From positions 133,052,001 through 133,116,000 of the forward strand of contig OX597816.1 of the NCBI GenBank assembly GCA_951406725.2: a stretch of 64,000 bases of DNA, in the 5' to 3' direction. The notes under the pieces were generated by a model. It worked only from the letters and a program-made list of their open reading frames with translations. It was not told the origin of the DNA and ran no database searches. The DNA comes from Octopus vulgaris. Lineage: Eukaryota. Positions 38,594 to 53,145 of the stretch are shown one piece after another. The position numbers were made by a program, and so were the translations under genes. Each line of letters opens with the position of its first letter. The stretch's first letter is position 1.

Positions 38594-41500
38594 CTATACG
38601 TGAACCAGTTTATGTTATCAGAAAAGCTTTAAAATAACATTCATATTTCAAAATTATAAGTTGAACTGAGATCTTATTCATATGCAAGCTGAAAGATAGA
38701 AACAGAAATTAGTTATTGACATTATAATTGCAATTTAGAAACTTCATCAAGTGCAATAATTGCCTAATGATGGGCTTTTCTTAATTGGTTTGTAGTAAGT
38801 GTAATATAATTAATGTGCAATGTTATGCTGACCTAATGTGTCAGATATTTAATAGGGAATAATAATTTGTGTCACAATATATCTCAACTAGATACAGGCT
38901 TTTCAACAAGAAGACATTTTATGAGTTACTGGAGAATGTTATCCACAAATTTATGGGAGTCCCCTGAAAAAAACAAACAAAGCCTATTTGGAGTAGACAA
39001 GGTCACAAAGTCACAACTTTTTATTGCTACCCCTCATAGCATATCGTAGGTAAATATAAACTGTCTTTTACTTTGTTATTACTTGCCATTTGAAAATGAA
39101 GGAAGAGTGTCATAAAATATATAAGAAAGCAATCTGTACATTATATTTAATACAGACATCATGTAGAAAGCCTGAAAACTGCAGTATTTGCTTTGAGAAA
39201 GTACCCTTTGTAGATGTAAAATGTTAAAAAAAACACAGAAATATACCAGTAGCAGAAGAAAGCAGTCCAGCAATGGTAGTGGGATTACTAAATACATATT
39301 CCTTTGAGCATCATCAGTAGCAAGTCTCCACTAACAACTGCATGCTAAGTCAAATTTAACCTCTTCTGATATAGGAAAACAGTAACTGAAAAGTCACTGA
39401 TGTTGCAACTAGCCAGCAGGCTGCATGAAAATTCATTATTAGTGATGGAAACAGTATTTGTTCAAATTAGCAATCTGTCTCTACTACTGGAACTCTGTTA
39501 TGATGATGAGCACTCTACAGACATATGTACCCTTAAAGTAGTTCTCAAGGAGATTCACCTTGATTCATTTTTGCTTAAGTGAACTGGAACAACAGGAAAT
39601 AAAATGTCTTGCTCAAGGGCACAACACACAGCCAGGAATCAAATTCATAATGTTATGACCATGAGCTGGATACTATAACTACTGCATCTTTAGTAATTTG
39701 TATATTATACTAAATGCAGATAAGAAAGAACCTGTTGAAGTATCAAGTATTTTTTTATATACACAAGGATATAATAGCTATATTTGCAAAATTATTTTCT
39801 GATGGATCACGACCAATTTATTACCTCACAGAAATATATTATGCTGTATTTCTAAACGGATTCTCTGAAAATTATAATTTGGTTTGAAATTACATTTTGA
39901 ATTGTATATAAAATCTTTTTCCATTCATTTTGAAATATGGGATAATAAGCAAAGTGAAATGAGAGCCTATATTTTGTCATGATAGGTAATGTGGATTAAT
40001 AAGGTAAAAGCACCAATGCTTGTGGTTTCAGGTTCAGTCCTACCATGTGGTACTTTAGGCAAGTGCCTTCTCCCATAGTCTCAAGTTGACTGCACACAAC
40101 CATAGTAGTGTCTATGTTCCCTGAGAAATTGGGCATAAGTGATGGATCATCTAAGAGATATTTGGGATTCAGAAAATAATTAGTATTTATGGAAGTAAAC
40201 ACAGATTGGTATAAGTTAGTTTAAGATTCTTAACACTTGTATTATTAATAAAAAACTGTAAAGGTTTGTTTCCTGGGATATACTTTGAAAAAGCAAATTA
40301 TTGAAAATGTGAAGCTGATGACTTGGTACAACAGAGAAAGCTGATAAATCAGCTAGGAAACCTCTGCAAGGTCTTTCAGCCTGTTAGAAATAGTTATCAA
40401 ATTTCTTTCAAAAATCACACCCTGCTGTCTTAAGAAAGAGAATACTATGTGAAGGATAACAGTTGACTGAAGAATGCTCAAGTGATCCAAATGGAAAGAT
40501 CATGCAGAAGACTAAGGAAGAGACAGAAAGAAGCAGTAAAAACTGATCTCAGGATATTGAACATCACAAAAGATATGACAATGGGCCATAGCTAGTGAAG
40601 AGATACCAAACCCTAACTTGATTTTCAAGTGAAGTATTTTATCATTTCACCAGTTCCTACATATTTCTATATGGAAAAATACTTTACTTGAAAATCAAGT
40701 TAGGGTTTGGTGACTGTAAAAATTTTATTCTATAATTGTCGTCTAACCTCATCCTAGCATGAGAAAAGTATATGTCAGAATGTTGACATCGACAACAATG
40801 AAGAAGATAATGATGATAGTGACAACAACGACAATGACGACGACAACGACGAAGAGGGCAACAACATTGATGATTATGATGATGACAACAGCAACAGTGT
40901 CAATAATGATGATGGTGATAATGATGATGCTGACAACAGCAGCAACATCGATGACGATGATGGTGATTATATTCATGATGATGAAGAAGAAACATCTACT
41001 GCAAGACTGAATTAAGCTGTGTCTTAATTAAATTATGGAAAATTTATTTTGTAACAACTTTAGTCAATGCAAATTTAACAATAATTACTATCAACATTTT
41101 GTAGTCACTAATTAATACGTTTATGAGAAATATTGTCTCTTATCTCAAATATTGAATTATTCAATTTGAACAATGTAGGTAAGAAGAAAGACAAACTGCA
41201 GTCATAAAACACTTTCGAAGTAGTTCCCAACAAATATATAAGGAGAGAATAACAAAAGTTAAAATCTGTAATCTCCACAAAATTAACAACTAATGCTGGA
41301 AACATACACACACACACACATACATAAACACACATAAACACACATAAACACACATGTGAGGAGATGTAGAAACTGAGAGAATATTATATCACGATCTTAG
41401 TAACAGAGTTATCAGTTGATCCCTTCAGTAACACTCCTAAACAGAAATCCAGTTAAGACAATGCACTAAGAATCCTTCTGTTCACTTATCATGCAACAGG

Positions 41501-41800
41501 AGAGAAAGAGAAAGAGACAGACAGAAAGAAGGAAAGAAAGAAAGAGATAAAGAAGGAGAAAGTAAGGAAGGATGACTCAGTGTTGGAAGATGAAGTGTAG
41601 TTAGTTTGATTATATATACGGACCAAAATTACTTAGCTCCTTGTACAAGAATCTATAAAATAGAGCACTTGGGACTTCTGTCTCTAAGTTCAATTCTGTA
41701 CTATGTCAATGTCTCGACATTTTACAAATCAATAAAATAAGTACTTTCAATGTACCACCATCACCTAGCTGTCCAGATGTTTTGCGTTCTTATCCCATTT

Positions 41801-41851
<51 letters not shown>

Positions 41852-43052
41852 ATTTAATACACATTATGAAAAAGGTATGGTACTTTGACTAAAATTCTTC
41901 AAGGCAGTATGCTGGCATGGTCATAGACTGAGACAAATAAAAGATAAAAGATATACATATATATATCTCACATTTACCAAATTTTCTCATGATGTTTTGG
42001 GTTGTCCCAGAGATATAGTTGATGACCACTCTCCAAGGGGCTGAATCTAAAACTATGTAGTTGGGAAATGAAGTTCTTGATGATATAGCCATGCCTGGGC
42101 CAACATAGCAATTTTAAAAAAGCAGGACATATTTTATTATGTACTCTTAGATTCTCTGTTAGAAAAAAAAAACCTAAGAATCTAAGACTTCATTATCCAT
42201 TGTTTGAGTGCTTTTGATCAAAGAGGACTTTGAGTGAAACAACAGCAACAACAACAACAATAACAACAACTACAACAGCACCAGCAACAAAATCCTCTCT
42301 GACCAATGGAGAGAGAATCTCTTACATATGGTTTATCTGAAATACAAAATTTTCTTTCATCAATGTAGAAATGTTGGTTTCAAATTTTGGTGCAAGGCCA
42401 ACAAGTTCAGGAGAGGGGATAAGTTAATTGCATCAACCCCAGTGCTCAACTGGTACTTATTTTATCAACCCTAAAAGGATAAAAGATAAGGTCAGCCTTG
42501 GCAGAATTTGAACTCAGAATGTACAGATGAATGAAATACCACTACAAAATCTGCATCTAACAAGTCACCTATACTGCTAAGTGCTTTATAGGTGTAAAAC
42601 CAATGGTCACTCTATGACTGGCCATAACTCTTAACCGCCTAATTAATACATTGCTGCTCTAATGCTCTAGAGTGTGCTTCTTTTACAGATATATGAACTA
42701 CTGACAATATACACATATATAAATATATATTATACATATATATAAACTTACTTAGAAATGGATGTGTGGCATTCAATCAAATAATAATATAAATAATATA
42801 TATATATATTCATACATATATATTCATGTGCATATATGGGTCCAGGATGTCACCAACAGTAAACAACATGAAATACAGAAACAAATGCTTGACATGAGGA
42901 GTAGACAGACAGCCGGCAACTGATGAAGGGTTGTTGTTTATGTTACTTGTCCTGTTTTCCATTTGTGTCTCTTGTTGTTGTGTATTGAACTCATTTGTTT
43001 TTGTATTTCATGTTGTTTACTGTTGGTGATTTCCTGTTCCCATATATGCATA

Positions 43053-43095
<43 letters not shown>

Positions 43096-43114
43096 TATTT
43101 ATATTATATATATA

Positions 43115-44600
43115 GAATCGAAGGGCCTTAGAGTCAACCTAGCTAAAAGTCCTAATAAGTAGGAAGGTAGACAAGTCACAAATGCCTTCAGGTAGATGGC
43201 CTTGCTCGATCTGTTGGAAAGGCATAGGTAGAAACTCTATAAGATGCACCAAGTGTAAGCTATGGACACACAAGAGGTGCAGCAACGTCAAGGGAAGGCT
43301 AACTAGGAAGATAGTTTTTGTATGTGGCAGATGCTCAGGAGCAATAAACACTGAAAATGTGCAGAGAGCAACTTCCGCCACATTCCAGGGAGAAAAACTA
43401 GAAATAGTTGATAGCTTCCGTTACCTAGGTGACCAAGTCAGTAGCGGGGGCAGGTGTGTTGAAAGTGTAACTGCTAGAGTAAGAATAGCTTGGGCAAAGT
43501 TCAGAGAGCTCCTACCTCTGCTAGGGACAAAAGGCCTCTCGCTCAGAGTAAAAGGCAGACTGTATGATGCATGTGTACGAACAGCCATGCTACATGGCAG
43601 TGAAACATGGGCCGTGACTGCTGAGGATATGCATAAGCTTGCAAGAAATGAAGCCAGTACGCTCCGATGGATGTGTAATGTCAGTGTTCATACTCGACAG
43701 AGTGTAAGTACCTTGAGAGAGAAGTTGGACCTAAGAAGCATCAGTTGCAGTGTGCAAGAGAGACATTTGCGCTGGTATGGCCATGTGGCGAGAATGGATG
43801 AAGATAGTTGTGTGAAAAAGTGCCACACCCTAGCTGTTGAGGGAGTCTGTGGAAGAGGCAGACCCAGGAAAACCTGGTACAAGGTAGTGAAGCACGACCT
43901 TCGAACTTTAGGTCTCACTGAGGAAATGACTAGAGACCGAGACCTTTAGAAGTATGCTGTGCGTGAGAAGACCCAGCAGGACAAGTGAGACCATAACCCA
44001 TGGACTCAGTCCACTTATGCATACCTTTCATTCTTGGGACACAAAACTCTACTTGTGAAGACCTGTTGAGGCAAGTGAAAATCAAAAAATCAAAATCAAA
44101 AATCAAAATCGATCAACATGAATGGAAATTGTAGCTGTGATACCAGTGCCGGTGGCACATAAGAGAACCATCCGAACGTGGTCGTTGCCAGCGCTGCCCC
44201 GACTGGCTTCCGTGCCGGTGGCACGTTAAAAGCACCATCCAATCGTGGCCGTCTGCCAGCCTCGCCTGGCCTCCTTGCCGGTGGCACATAAAAAGCACCA
44301 TCCAATCGTGGCCGTCTGCCAGCCTCGCCTGGCCTCCTTGCCAGTGGCACGCAAAAAGCACCATCCGACCGTGGCCGTTTGCCAGCCTCGTCTGGCACCT
44401 GTGCCGGTGGCACGTAAAAAGCACCCACTACACTCATGGAGTGGTTGGCGTTAGGAAGGGCATCCAGCCATAGAAACATTGCCAGATCAGACTGGGCCTG
44501 GTGCAGCCTTCTGGCTTCCCAGGCCCCAGTCGCACCGTCCAACCCATGCCAGCATGGAAAGCGGACACTAAACGATGATGATGATGATGATGATGATGAT
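43115..44600 (+). mobile_element. RTE LINE 3' portion (RT C-terminus with PHD-like insert) and full 3' UTR
   Basis: ORF 43182-43949: CSIC..CTKC..WTHKRC..CGRC, VDSFRYLG, RVRIAWAKF, LHGSETW, LRWYGHVARM, GRGRPRKTW; then 63-bp repeats and a (GAT)n tail. Confidence 0.92.
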
Positions 44601-44689
44601 ATGTATATATTATTATTATTATCATTATTATTATTATTACTATTATTATTGTTATTATTATCAGTATTATTATAAAATAAAAGAAATTC

Positions 44690-45957
44690 CATGTGTAGTA
44701 AGAAAGCCTGGAATTAGAGGGTCTTAAAGTTAACATAACAAAGATCAAGTTCCTGGTAAGCAAGAAATAAGACAAGACCCTTCTTCCTTCAGGTAAATGG
44801 CCCTGCTCAATTGGTAGAAATGGTGTGGGCAGAAATTCCATCCGGTGTACCCAGTGCAAGCTATGGACACACAAGAGGTGCAGTGGAATAATAGGAACGT
44901 TAACAGAGGAAGTAGTGTTTGCATTTGGTAGATGTGCAGGAGCCATATAGATCACAGATACACAAGAAACTGATTTCTTTAAATGTTTTGAAGGCTCTTC
45001 AGAAATTATAGATGAATTTCTGTTCGCTACAGAGATAATCTAATAAGCAGTGGAGAAAGTTGTACTGAAAGTATAATTGCTAGAATAAGAATAAGATGGA
45101 GAAAGTTCAGGGAGCTTCTATCTCCCGCTTTGTGTGAAAGGAAGGTTGTATGAACTGCAATGCTACATGGTAGTGAGATGTGGGTCCTAAATGCAAAGGG
45201 CATGTGAAGCCTAGAGAGGAATGAAGCTGGCATGCTCAACTGAATGTGCAGTGTCAGTGTATATGTGTGACAGAGCATTAGTGTACTCGTATTGAGGGAA
45301 AACTTAGGTGTAAGAGGGATTATATGCAGTGTGCAAGAGAGGAGACATCACTGGTCTAGACATATAATGTGGATGGATGAGGGCAGTTGCATAAATAAAT
45401 GCCAACCACTTAAAGTAGAGAGAAATTGTGGAAGTGGGAGACCCAGGAAGATAAGGGATGAAGTATTGAAGGTCAGTCTCAAAACTCTGAGCCTTAAGAA
45501 GGAGATGACGGAGGACTGAGATATGTGGCATGTTGTTGTACTCAAGAAAACCTGCCCACCACAACAGAATTGAGATCTTAAAACCAAGGTGCCACATAAA
45601 AAGCATTGACGTTGGCAATGGTTCCATGTAAAAAGAACTGGTGATGGTGCTATGTTGATATATGATCAAAAGCACTCAAACAATGGATAATGAAATCTTA
45701 GATTCTCAGTTTTTCTAACATAGAAAATCTAAGAGTACATAATCAAAAATGTCCTTCTGCTTTTTTTAAATTGCTATGTTGGCCCAGGCAATGCTATGTC
45801 ATCAAGAACTTCATTTCAACAACTACATAGTTTTAGGAAAGGCATCCACCTGTAGAAACAGACTGTGGAACCTGGTGTAGCCCCTGGCCTTACCAGCTCC
45901 TCTCAAGCTGTCCAACCCATGCTAACATGGAAAATGGACATTAAATGTTGACGATGA
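44690..45957 (+). mobile_element. Older, more decayed copy of the PHD-RTE family
   Basis: KIKFLVS...SGKWPCSI...CTQCKLWTHKRC...; GSGRPRK; family C tail at 45835-45957. Confidence 0.8.
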
Positions 45958-46046
45958 TAATTATGTGTGTGTGCATTTGTGTGTGTATATGTATGTATAT
46001 ATATATTTATATATATATATATACACACACACATACACACACACAT

Positions 46047-46077
<31 letters not shown>

Positions 46078-47931
46078 CACACACACACATTCTGTTTGTA
46101 TTTCCAGAGATTATTAGGGTAACATTTGAATCATCCATGAAATTTTCAGAAACACATATCCTGTTCTGATACATTAAGAAGTCGTTCCATTATCAAGGAC
46201 TCCATCACCTTGAAATGTCTTTTACTTAACGCTCAAGAATGTTGTTGACAGAATAAATAATGAGATAGCAGGAAGTTTGAAATCAACTTTGGGGTAATGA
46301 TATAATAAAATTCTCCTTAATTCAGAGCATTATGTAAAGAGATAAGATGACATAAGATCTGAAGATTTCCATTAAAGAAGAATATGTTGATAGGAATGGG
46401 AAATTTGAATGTAAGTCATCTATAGTGAAGAAGACCATGTGATTAATTAAAAAACTAATTATCTAGTTGTCAGAGAGTTGACAATAAGATTAGCAATAAT
46501 TCAACATTTAGTATAGTTTCTTTTAGTCCTTGTATTTATTATATACTGCATACAGTTAATACAGTTTGTTGTAGCCAATTATAATCAGGATAGGCAATAT
46601 AAACAAAAAACAAAAAAAAAAACAAAGGAAAAATCAGAATCCATTTTGAGAGGTGAAAGTTACAGGGATTAAAAAATCTGTAAAAACTGAGTTAGCCTGG
46701 AAGGACTCTAAGTATTTATCTACACTAATTGCATATTCTATTAAAAATAATTTCCTTTTAGAGTGATTATATTCTATTAGTGTTCAGTGTCAATCTAATT
46801 TTTAGTGGAAATGCTTCATGTTAATTACCTGAATAATGAAATAAAAGCTAGAGTGTTTCTAATCTTTTAACTAAAATAATCCTGTTTAGTTGTTAAAACT
46901 AAGACAATGGAAGGTCTAAATATGATTTGGTGTAACAGTTTTCATTCATTTTACCTAGTAACTCCTACTCAATAATCAAATCATATTGTTTAGCAGACAC
47001 TCACCTCTTCACTCTATAACAATGTGGGGTAATAGGAGCGGAACTGGAATCTGTGAGAAAAATCAATATATGCTGTTTTGACTAACAGTCTTCTCTTCTT
47101 ATCGAAACTACGGAATTTGTACAGCTATTTATAGTAATTCCACCATTCCCCAAATCATATACAACACACTGATTGAAATCATAAATCCAATAGTGTCAAT
47201 GTTTAGATAAAAGAGAAAAATGATAAGATAAAAATAAAAAAAGGATGACAGGAGAATATTGAGAAGATGAATGGAAGACACTTATAGAAAGTGAAAGAGT
47301 AGCAACTAGGCAGATGAGAAAATAATTGCTGGGAAATTAAATATATGCTCTCATTGAAATGGCTTCAGCTATAAGAAAAATCCATTTGTTTGGATTTTTC
47401 TCTATGTCTGTTTAATTTACATTTCTAGCTTTTTAGTTAGTTAAAGGTTAATGCTGACTTAGTCTAGGAGAAATGTCTTTTCTTCTTTCTTTTCAATGTC
47501 TACATTAGTTTCTTTAAATAATTCCAGTTGATATTCCAGAAGTATCTTGACCTCAATTAGAGAGCTGCACCACCTTGTAAACTCCTATGTTAACATCATA
47601 TTTAACATATAGCTATGATTGGACTAGCAGTGTATTTAGCAACATTCGCTTCGGTTTCAGCTGCATAAACAAAGCTCCCTACATGCCGAGAACAAACAAA
47701 CACACACAGAGACAGGCACACATGCACACACACATGGTCACATGCAAGCACAACCAGACACACATGCATACAATGCTCACACAAATACACACATGCACAC
47801 GGAAATAAGAAATTGTATGTCATGTTCATGCGGGTGAGTATGTATGTGTGTGTATGTGCTAGTGTGCAAAGTGGACATTAAAACATTGATTATGCACACA
47901 CATATATTTATTTATTTATACAAACATGCAT

Positions 47932-48344
<413 letters not shown>

Positions 48345-48383
48345 CTATAAATCTCTCTTTCTCTCCCTGTATATATGTATGCT

Positions 48384-48414
<31 letters not shown>

Positions 48415-48795
48415 TGATACACACAAACACACATACACAATTACATACACATGCATGCACATGCATGCACACACACTGTTTGTTTTTATGTGAAGTTATA
48501 TACAAAAACACCTAAAACAGTAGACTGAAAGATTGGCAGGGACTTCGAAGTTTTGGCTTACTAGCTGTATCAGAACATCCGAGGAAAGCTTGCAAGGTAA
48601 AACTTTGAAGTCACTGCCCAGTGGGTTTTTTCTCCACCATGCTAACCAAGACAGTATTCTTAATTCCATTAGTGAGGGGTTATGTGCCTCTGGCCAATAG
48701 GTCTGGTGAGTTGCCTATATTGCTAAGAGCAATAATAGACAAGAAAACGGTGGTAACTTTCTGACCAGCCATAACCTGCAACTATATGACTGTGT

Positions 48796-48836
<41 letters not shown>

Positions 48837-49240
48837 CATCATCATTATTGAATGTTCATGTTCCATGGTGGCATGTGTTAGACAGGATCTGACAGATTTG
48901 AAAATTCCAAAGTACTCCAGTGTCTGCTGCTTTGACATGTTTTCTACTGTGGATTCCCTTCCTAATACAAACTGCTTTGTTGTATGTGCTGGATACCTTT
49001 TTTCTGTGGCATCAGCATTAGTAAGTTCACTGAATATATGAATATCATCATCATCGTCATTGCCATCATCATTTAACATCTGTTGTCCATGCTGGCATGG
49101 GTTGGACAGCTTGGCCAAAGCTGGCAAGCTGGGGAGCTACACCAGACACCAGTCTAATTTGGCATGGTTTCCTTATAGCTGGATGCTCTTCCTAATGCCA
49201 ACCACTCCGAGAGAGTAATGGGTACTTTTATATGTCACAA

Positions 49241-51093
49241 TTCAAGACAGGAGGACCCTGGGAGCTCCTCTATGCTGATGACCTTGCTCTAATTGCTGAC
49301 TATCAGAACTAGAGAAAAAGTTTCAGGTGTGGAAGCAAATATTAGAATTGAAGGATCTTAGAGTCAACCTAGCTAAAACCAAAGTCTTAGTAAGTAGGAA
49401 GGCAGACAAATCACAAATCCCTTCAGGTAGATGACCTTGTTCGATCTGTAGAAAAGGTGTAGGTAGGAACTCTATAAGACGTACCCAGTGTAAGCTATGG
49501 ACACATAAGAGGTGCGACAATATCAAAGGGAGGCTAACTGGGAAGATAGTTTTTGTATGTGGCAAATGCTCAGGTGCTATAAACACTGAAAATGTGCAGA
49601 GAACAGCTTCTGTCACATTCCAGGGAGAAAAACTACAAGTAGTTAACAGCTTCCGTTACCTAGGGGACCAAATCAGTAGCGGGGGTGGATGCTCTGAAAG
49701 TGTAGCTGCTGGAATAAGAATAGCCTGAGCAAAGTTCAGAGAGCTCCTACCTCTGCTGGTGACAAAGGGCCTCTCACTCAGAGTAAAAGGTAGACTGTAT
49801 GACGCATTTGTATGAACAGCCATGCTATGTGGCAGTGAAACATAGGCTGTGAATGCTGAGGACATGCGTAAGCTTGCAAGGAATGAAGCTAGTATGCTCC
49901 ACTGGATGTGTAATGTCAGTGTGCATACACAACAGAGTGTAAGCACCCTGAGAGAAAAGTTGGATTTAAGAAGCATCAGATGCAGTGTGCAAGAGAGATG
50001 ACGGCACTGGTATGGTCATGTGTTGCATATGAATGAGGACAACTGTGTGAAAAAGTGTCACACCCTAGAAGTTGAGGGAACCTTTGGAAGAGGTAAACCC
50101 AGGAAAACCTGGGATGAGGTGGTGAAGCACAACCTTTGAACATTGGGTCTTACCGAGGCAATGACTAGTGACTGACCCTTTGGAGAGATGCTGTACTTGA
50201 GAAGACCCAAAAAGCCGAGTGAGACCATGGCCCATGGCCTATGCCAGTGGGTGAAACCAGCCCACTTATGAACACCCCTCATTCATTGGACAATAAACTT
50301 TGCTTGCAAAGACCTATTGAGGCAAGTGAAATCAAAATCAAAATTGCTGAGGTGGCTGATGACTACCTATTTCTTTATTACCCACAAGGGGCTAAACACA
50401 GAGGGGACAAACAAGGACAGACATAGGTATTAAGTCGATTACATCGACCCCAGTGCGTAACTGGTACTTAATTTATCGACCCCGAAAGGATGAAAGGCAA
50501 AGTCCACCTCGGCAGGATTTGAACTCACAACGTAACGACAGACGAAATACGGCTACGCATTTCGCCCGGCGTGCTAACGATTCTGCCAGCTCGCCGCACC
50601 TGATTGGTACTCATGCTAGTGGAATGTTAAAAGCATATCCGAGCATGATTGTTTCCAGGGCCACAGATTGGCTCCCATGCCAGTGGCACGTGAAAAGCAA
50701 CATTCGAGCATGATCATTGCCAGTGTCGCCTTACCGGCACACGTACCAGTGGCATGTGAAAAGCAACATTCAAGCGTGGTCATTGCCAGTGCTGCCGCAC
50801 TGGTTCCCATGCAGGTAGCACGTAAAAAACACCTTTTGATATGGTCATTGCCAGAACTGCCTGACTGGCCTTCGTGCCAGTGTCACGTAAAAGCAGTCAC
50901 TACCCTCTCAGAGTGGTTGGCATTAGGAAGGACATCCAGCTGTAGAAACTTTGCCAGATCAGATTGAGCTTTGGTGCAGCCTCTGGCTCACCAGTCCTCA
51001 GTCAAACTGTCCAACCCATGCCAGCATGGAAAGCGGACGTTAAATAATGATAATGATGATGGTGGTGATGATGATGATGATGATGATGATGAT
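49241..51093 (+). mobile_element. PHD-RTE copy including YADD, with a family B SINE inserted at 50368-50598
   Basis: WELLYADDLALIA (YADD at 49271-49282), RVNLAKTKVL, PHD-like block, FRYLG; multiple stops; family C tail. Confidence 0.92.
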
Positions 51094-51146
51094 GGGCTCT
51101 TTTATGTGGCACTGCAAAGACACTTTTTCATGACACTGCATGAGTG

Positions 51147-51204
<58 letters not shown>

Positions 51205-51389
51205 CAATATAAACACACATACAGACATACGTATATATGTTACTGATAACATGTAGAAGGTGTTTCTTTGCCACTCATCAAAGTGAATGGAGCTCGAGCA
51301 GGGGGAATTAATGTCATCAGACAATATCCTACAATCGAGTTTTTAAACCTTGTACTATAACCCACTTCCCCACCCACTCCATTGGTGGG

Positions 51390-52480
51390 TCATCAGAAGT
51401 GGCCAATCCACTGCTCATCATCTTCTGACTTTCAGCTTAAATTCTCTCTCTCCTGCTCCATAACCAGTAAGAGGTTCTTTCTGCTGCCTCTACCATCCCG
51501 CACACAGCCACCCATTGCTCTTTTCTTCTCATTCCAATAGCTGTAAGCATCCTCCATGCTGACTGGGTAGGGAATCTCCTACAGACAGGGAAAAACCATG
51601 ATACCTATATCTTCTCCCTGGAAACTTGCAAAAGGCTCTTATACTTGTCACGCTTCTATTCATAAGTCGGCTCACACCCTTGTTCCCACAGACTGTAAGC
51701 TCAAGCAGATTATCTTCCTTGCCTCTTCAGGCCACAAAACTACATCTGGCATTAGGCTTGCATGGACGACCTAGAGAAATTGCAGGCTTTCTCTTAGGTC
51801 CACTTACATATCCCATGATTGGGCCCTGTGTAGTAGGCTATTTTTTTTTTTTACTGTTCTCAATAACATTTTCCTGTTTTCACAAACTTGATTGCTGCTA
51901 TGGTCTTCTCCTGTCAATGGTGCTTCTTGAACCTTTCCTGCTACAGGCTGTGAGAAAGTGTTGCAAGCACCTTGTCATGGTGCTACTTGTATCTCCCTTG
52001 AGTAAGTGCTATTTTGCATCCCAACAAGATTTGTGCAAGGGTACACTTTTCTCCACAAAGTCTACAGAGCGGGTCCCCCTTCAAACCCTATTGGTGCAGG
52101 TTTGTTGGCATTGGTAGTGAATGTGTCATACACTGCCTGCAGCAGGAAGGAGATGTTGGAAGTTTCCAGTCTCCATAGGTCTGTCCATGTGACCTTATTT
52201 TTGGGGAGGTCCCATTTAGTCTAGACTTCCTGAGACATCAGCTCCACAGCTTTTGACCTTCTTTCTTCCTCCTGGTTTCGTACTTTTGCCTGGATCATGG
52301 CCCACCTATTCTTGATAGTCTTCCATTGCTGGTAATGGGAAGGATTGAGGCCCTGCCATCCACTGCATGCTATTCCAACGATGTCACATAGCTTCAGCAT
52401 GCTTTCAGACTGAGCAATTGTGATGCTGGCCACCCACTTTGTCTGGACCTTGTTGTGATACCATGATATCTGACGTGCTC
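51390..52480 (-). mobile_element. Decayed HERO-like (restriction-like endonuclease) non-LTR retrotransposon, 3' part
   Basis: Minus strand: TWTDLWRLE..ISFLLQAVYD, CRLC...ILLGCKIALTQGRYK*HHDKVL (CCHC-region remnant), LLELTV, RFPTQSAWRMLTAIG, EAAERTSYWLWSRRE. Confidence 0.75.
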
Positions 52481-53098
52481 ATCCTAGTAGTAGCTATTCA
52501 TCCTTACAACTCTACATCTTGCAACCTTAAATTCCTCCACCACAGATGACAGAGGAAGTTGTGGTTGTCCAGTAATTCAATTGCCTATGTATGTATACTA
52601 ATTTCTCATTACTATGCAATACAAAATAAAATTGGATAGAAAAACACTAGGTGAGGGCTCTACAATTTTATACACAATTTTACAAAAACTTTAAGACTGA
52701 CTGTGGAAGCTTTAGAATAGCAAAATCCAAATCTGAATTAAACACAGAAATAAATGGCATGTAAAAAATATCATATATCATTAAATATACTTGCATTTAT
52801 CATTATATAATTTCAAATCTAGCAATGGAGACTTTATCAGTTATAAAATTACTTCCCTAACACTGTGCAACATACTGCAGAACACCCACTCTACATGCTA
52901 TAAGATATTATTTTGGAAATGAGATTGTGAAAGCTTTGAAACATAAGAATAATGGATTTAGAAATGTTATGGTTTAAGCCAAATATAAAGGACTAAAAAA
53001 GAAATAGGGAAAATCCTAAATAAAAATGATCAAACTTAAACATAATCATGTTTTTAGCATGTCTGGGAGAATAAAACTGTTCTCATTATATGTGAGTG

Positions 53099-53145
<47 letters not shown>

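Noticed and set aside
44147-44430. Regularly spaced palindromic cores resembling a CRISPR array (also ~4270-4550 and 50670-50900)
   Set aside because: The 'spacers' are homologous to each other, the array sits in a LINE 3' UTR, there are no cas genes and the context is eukaryotic.
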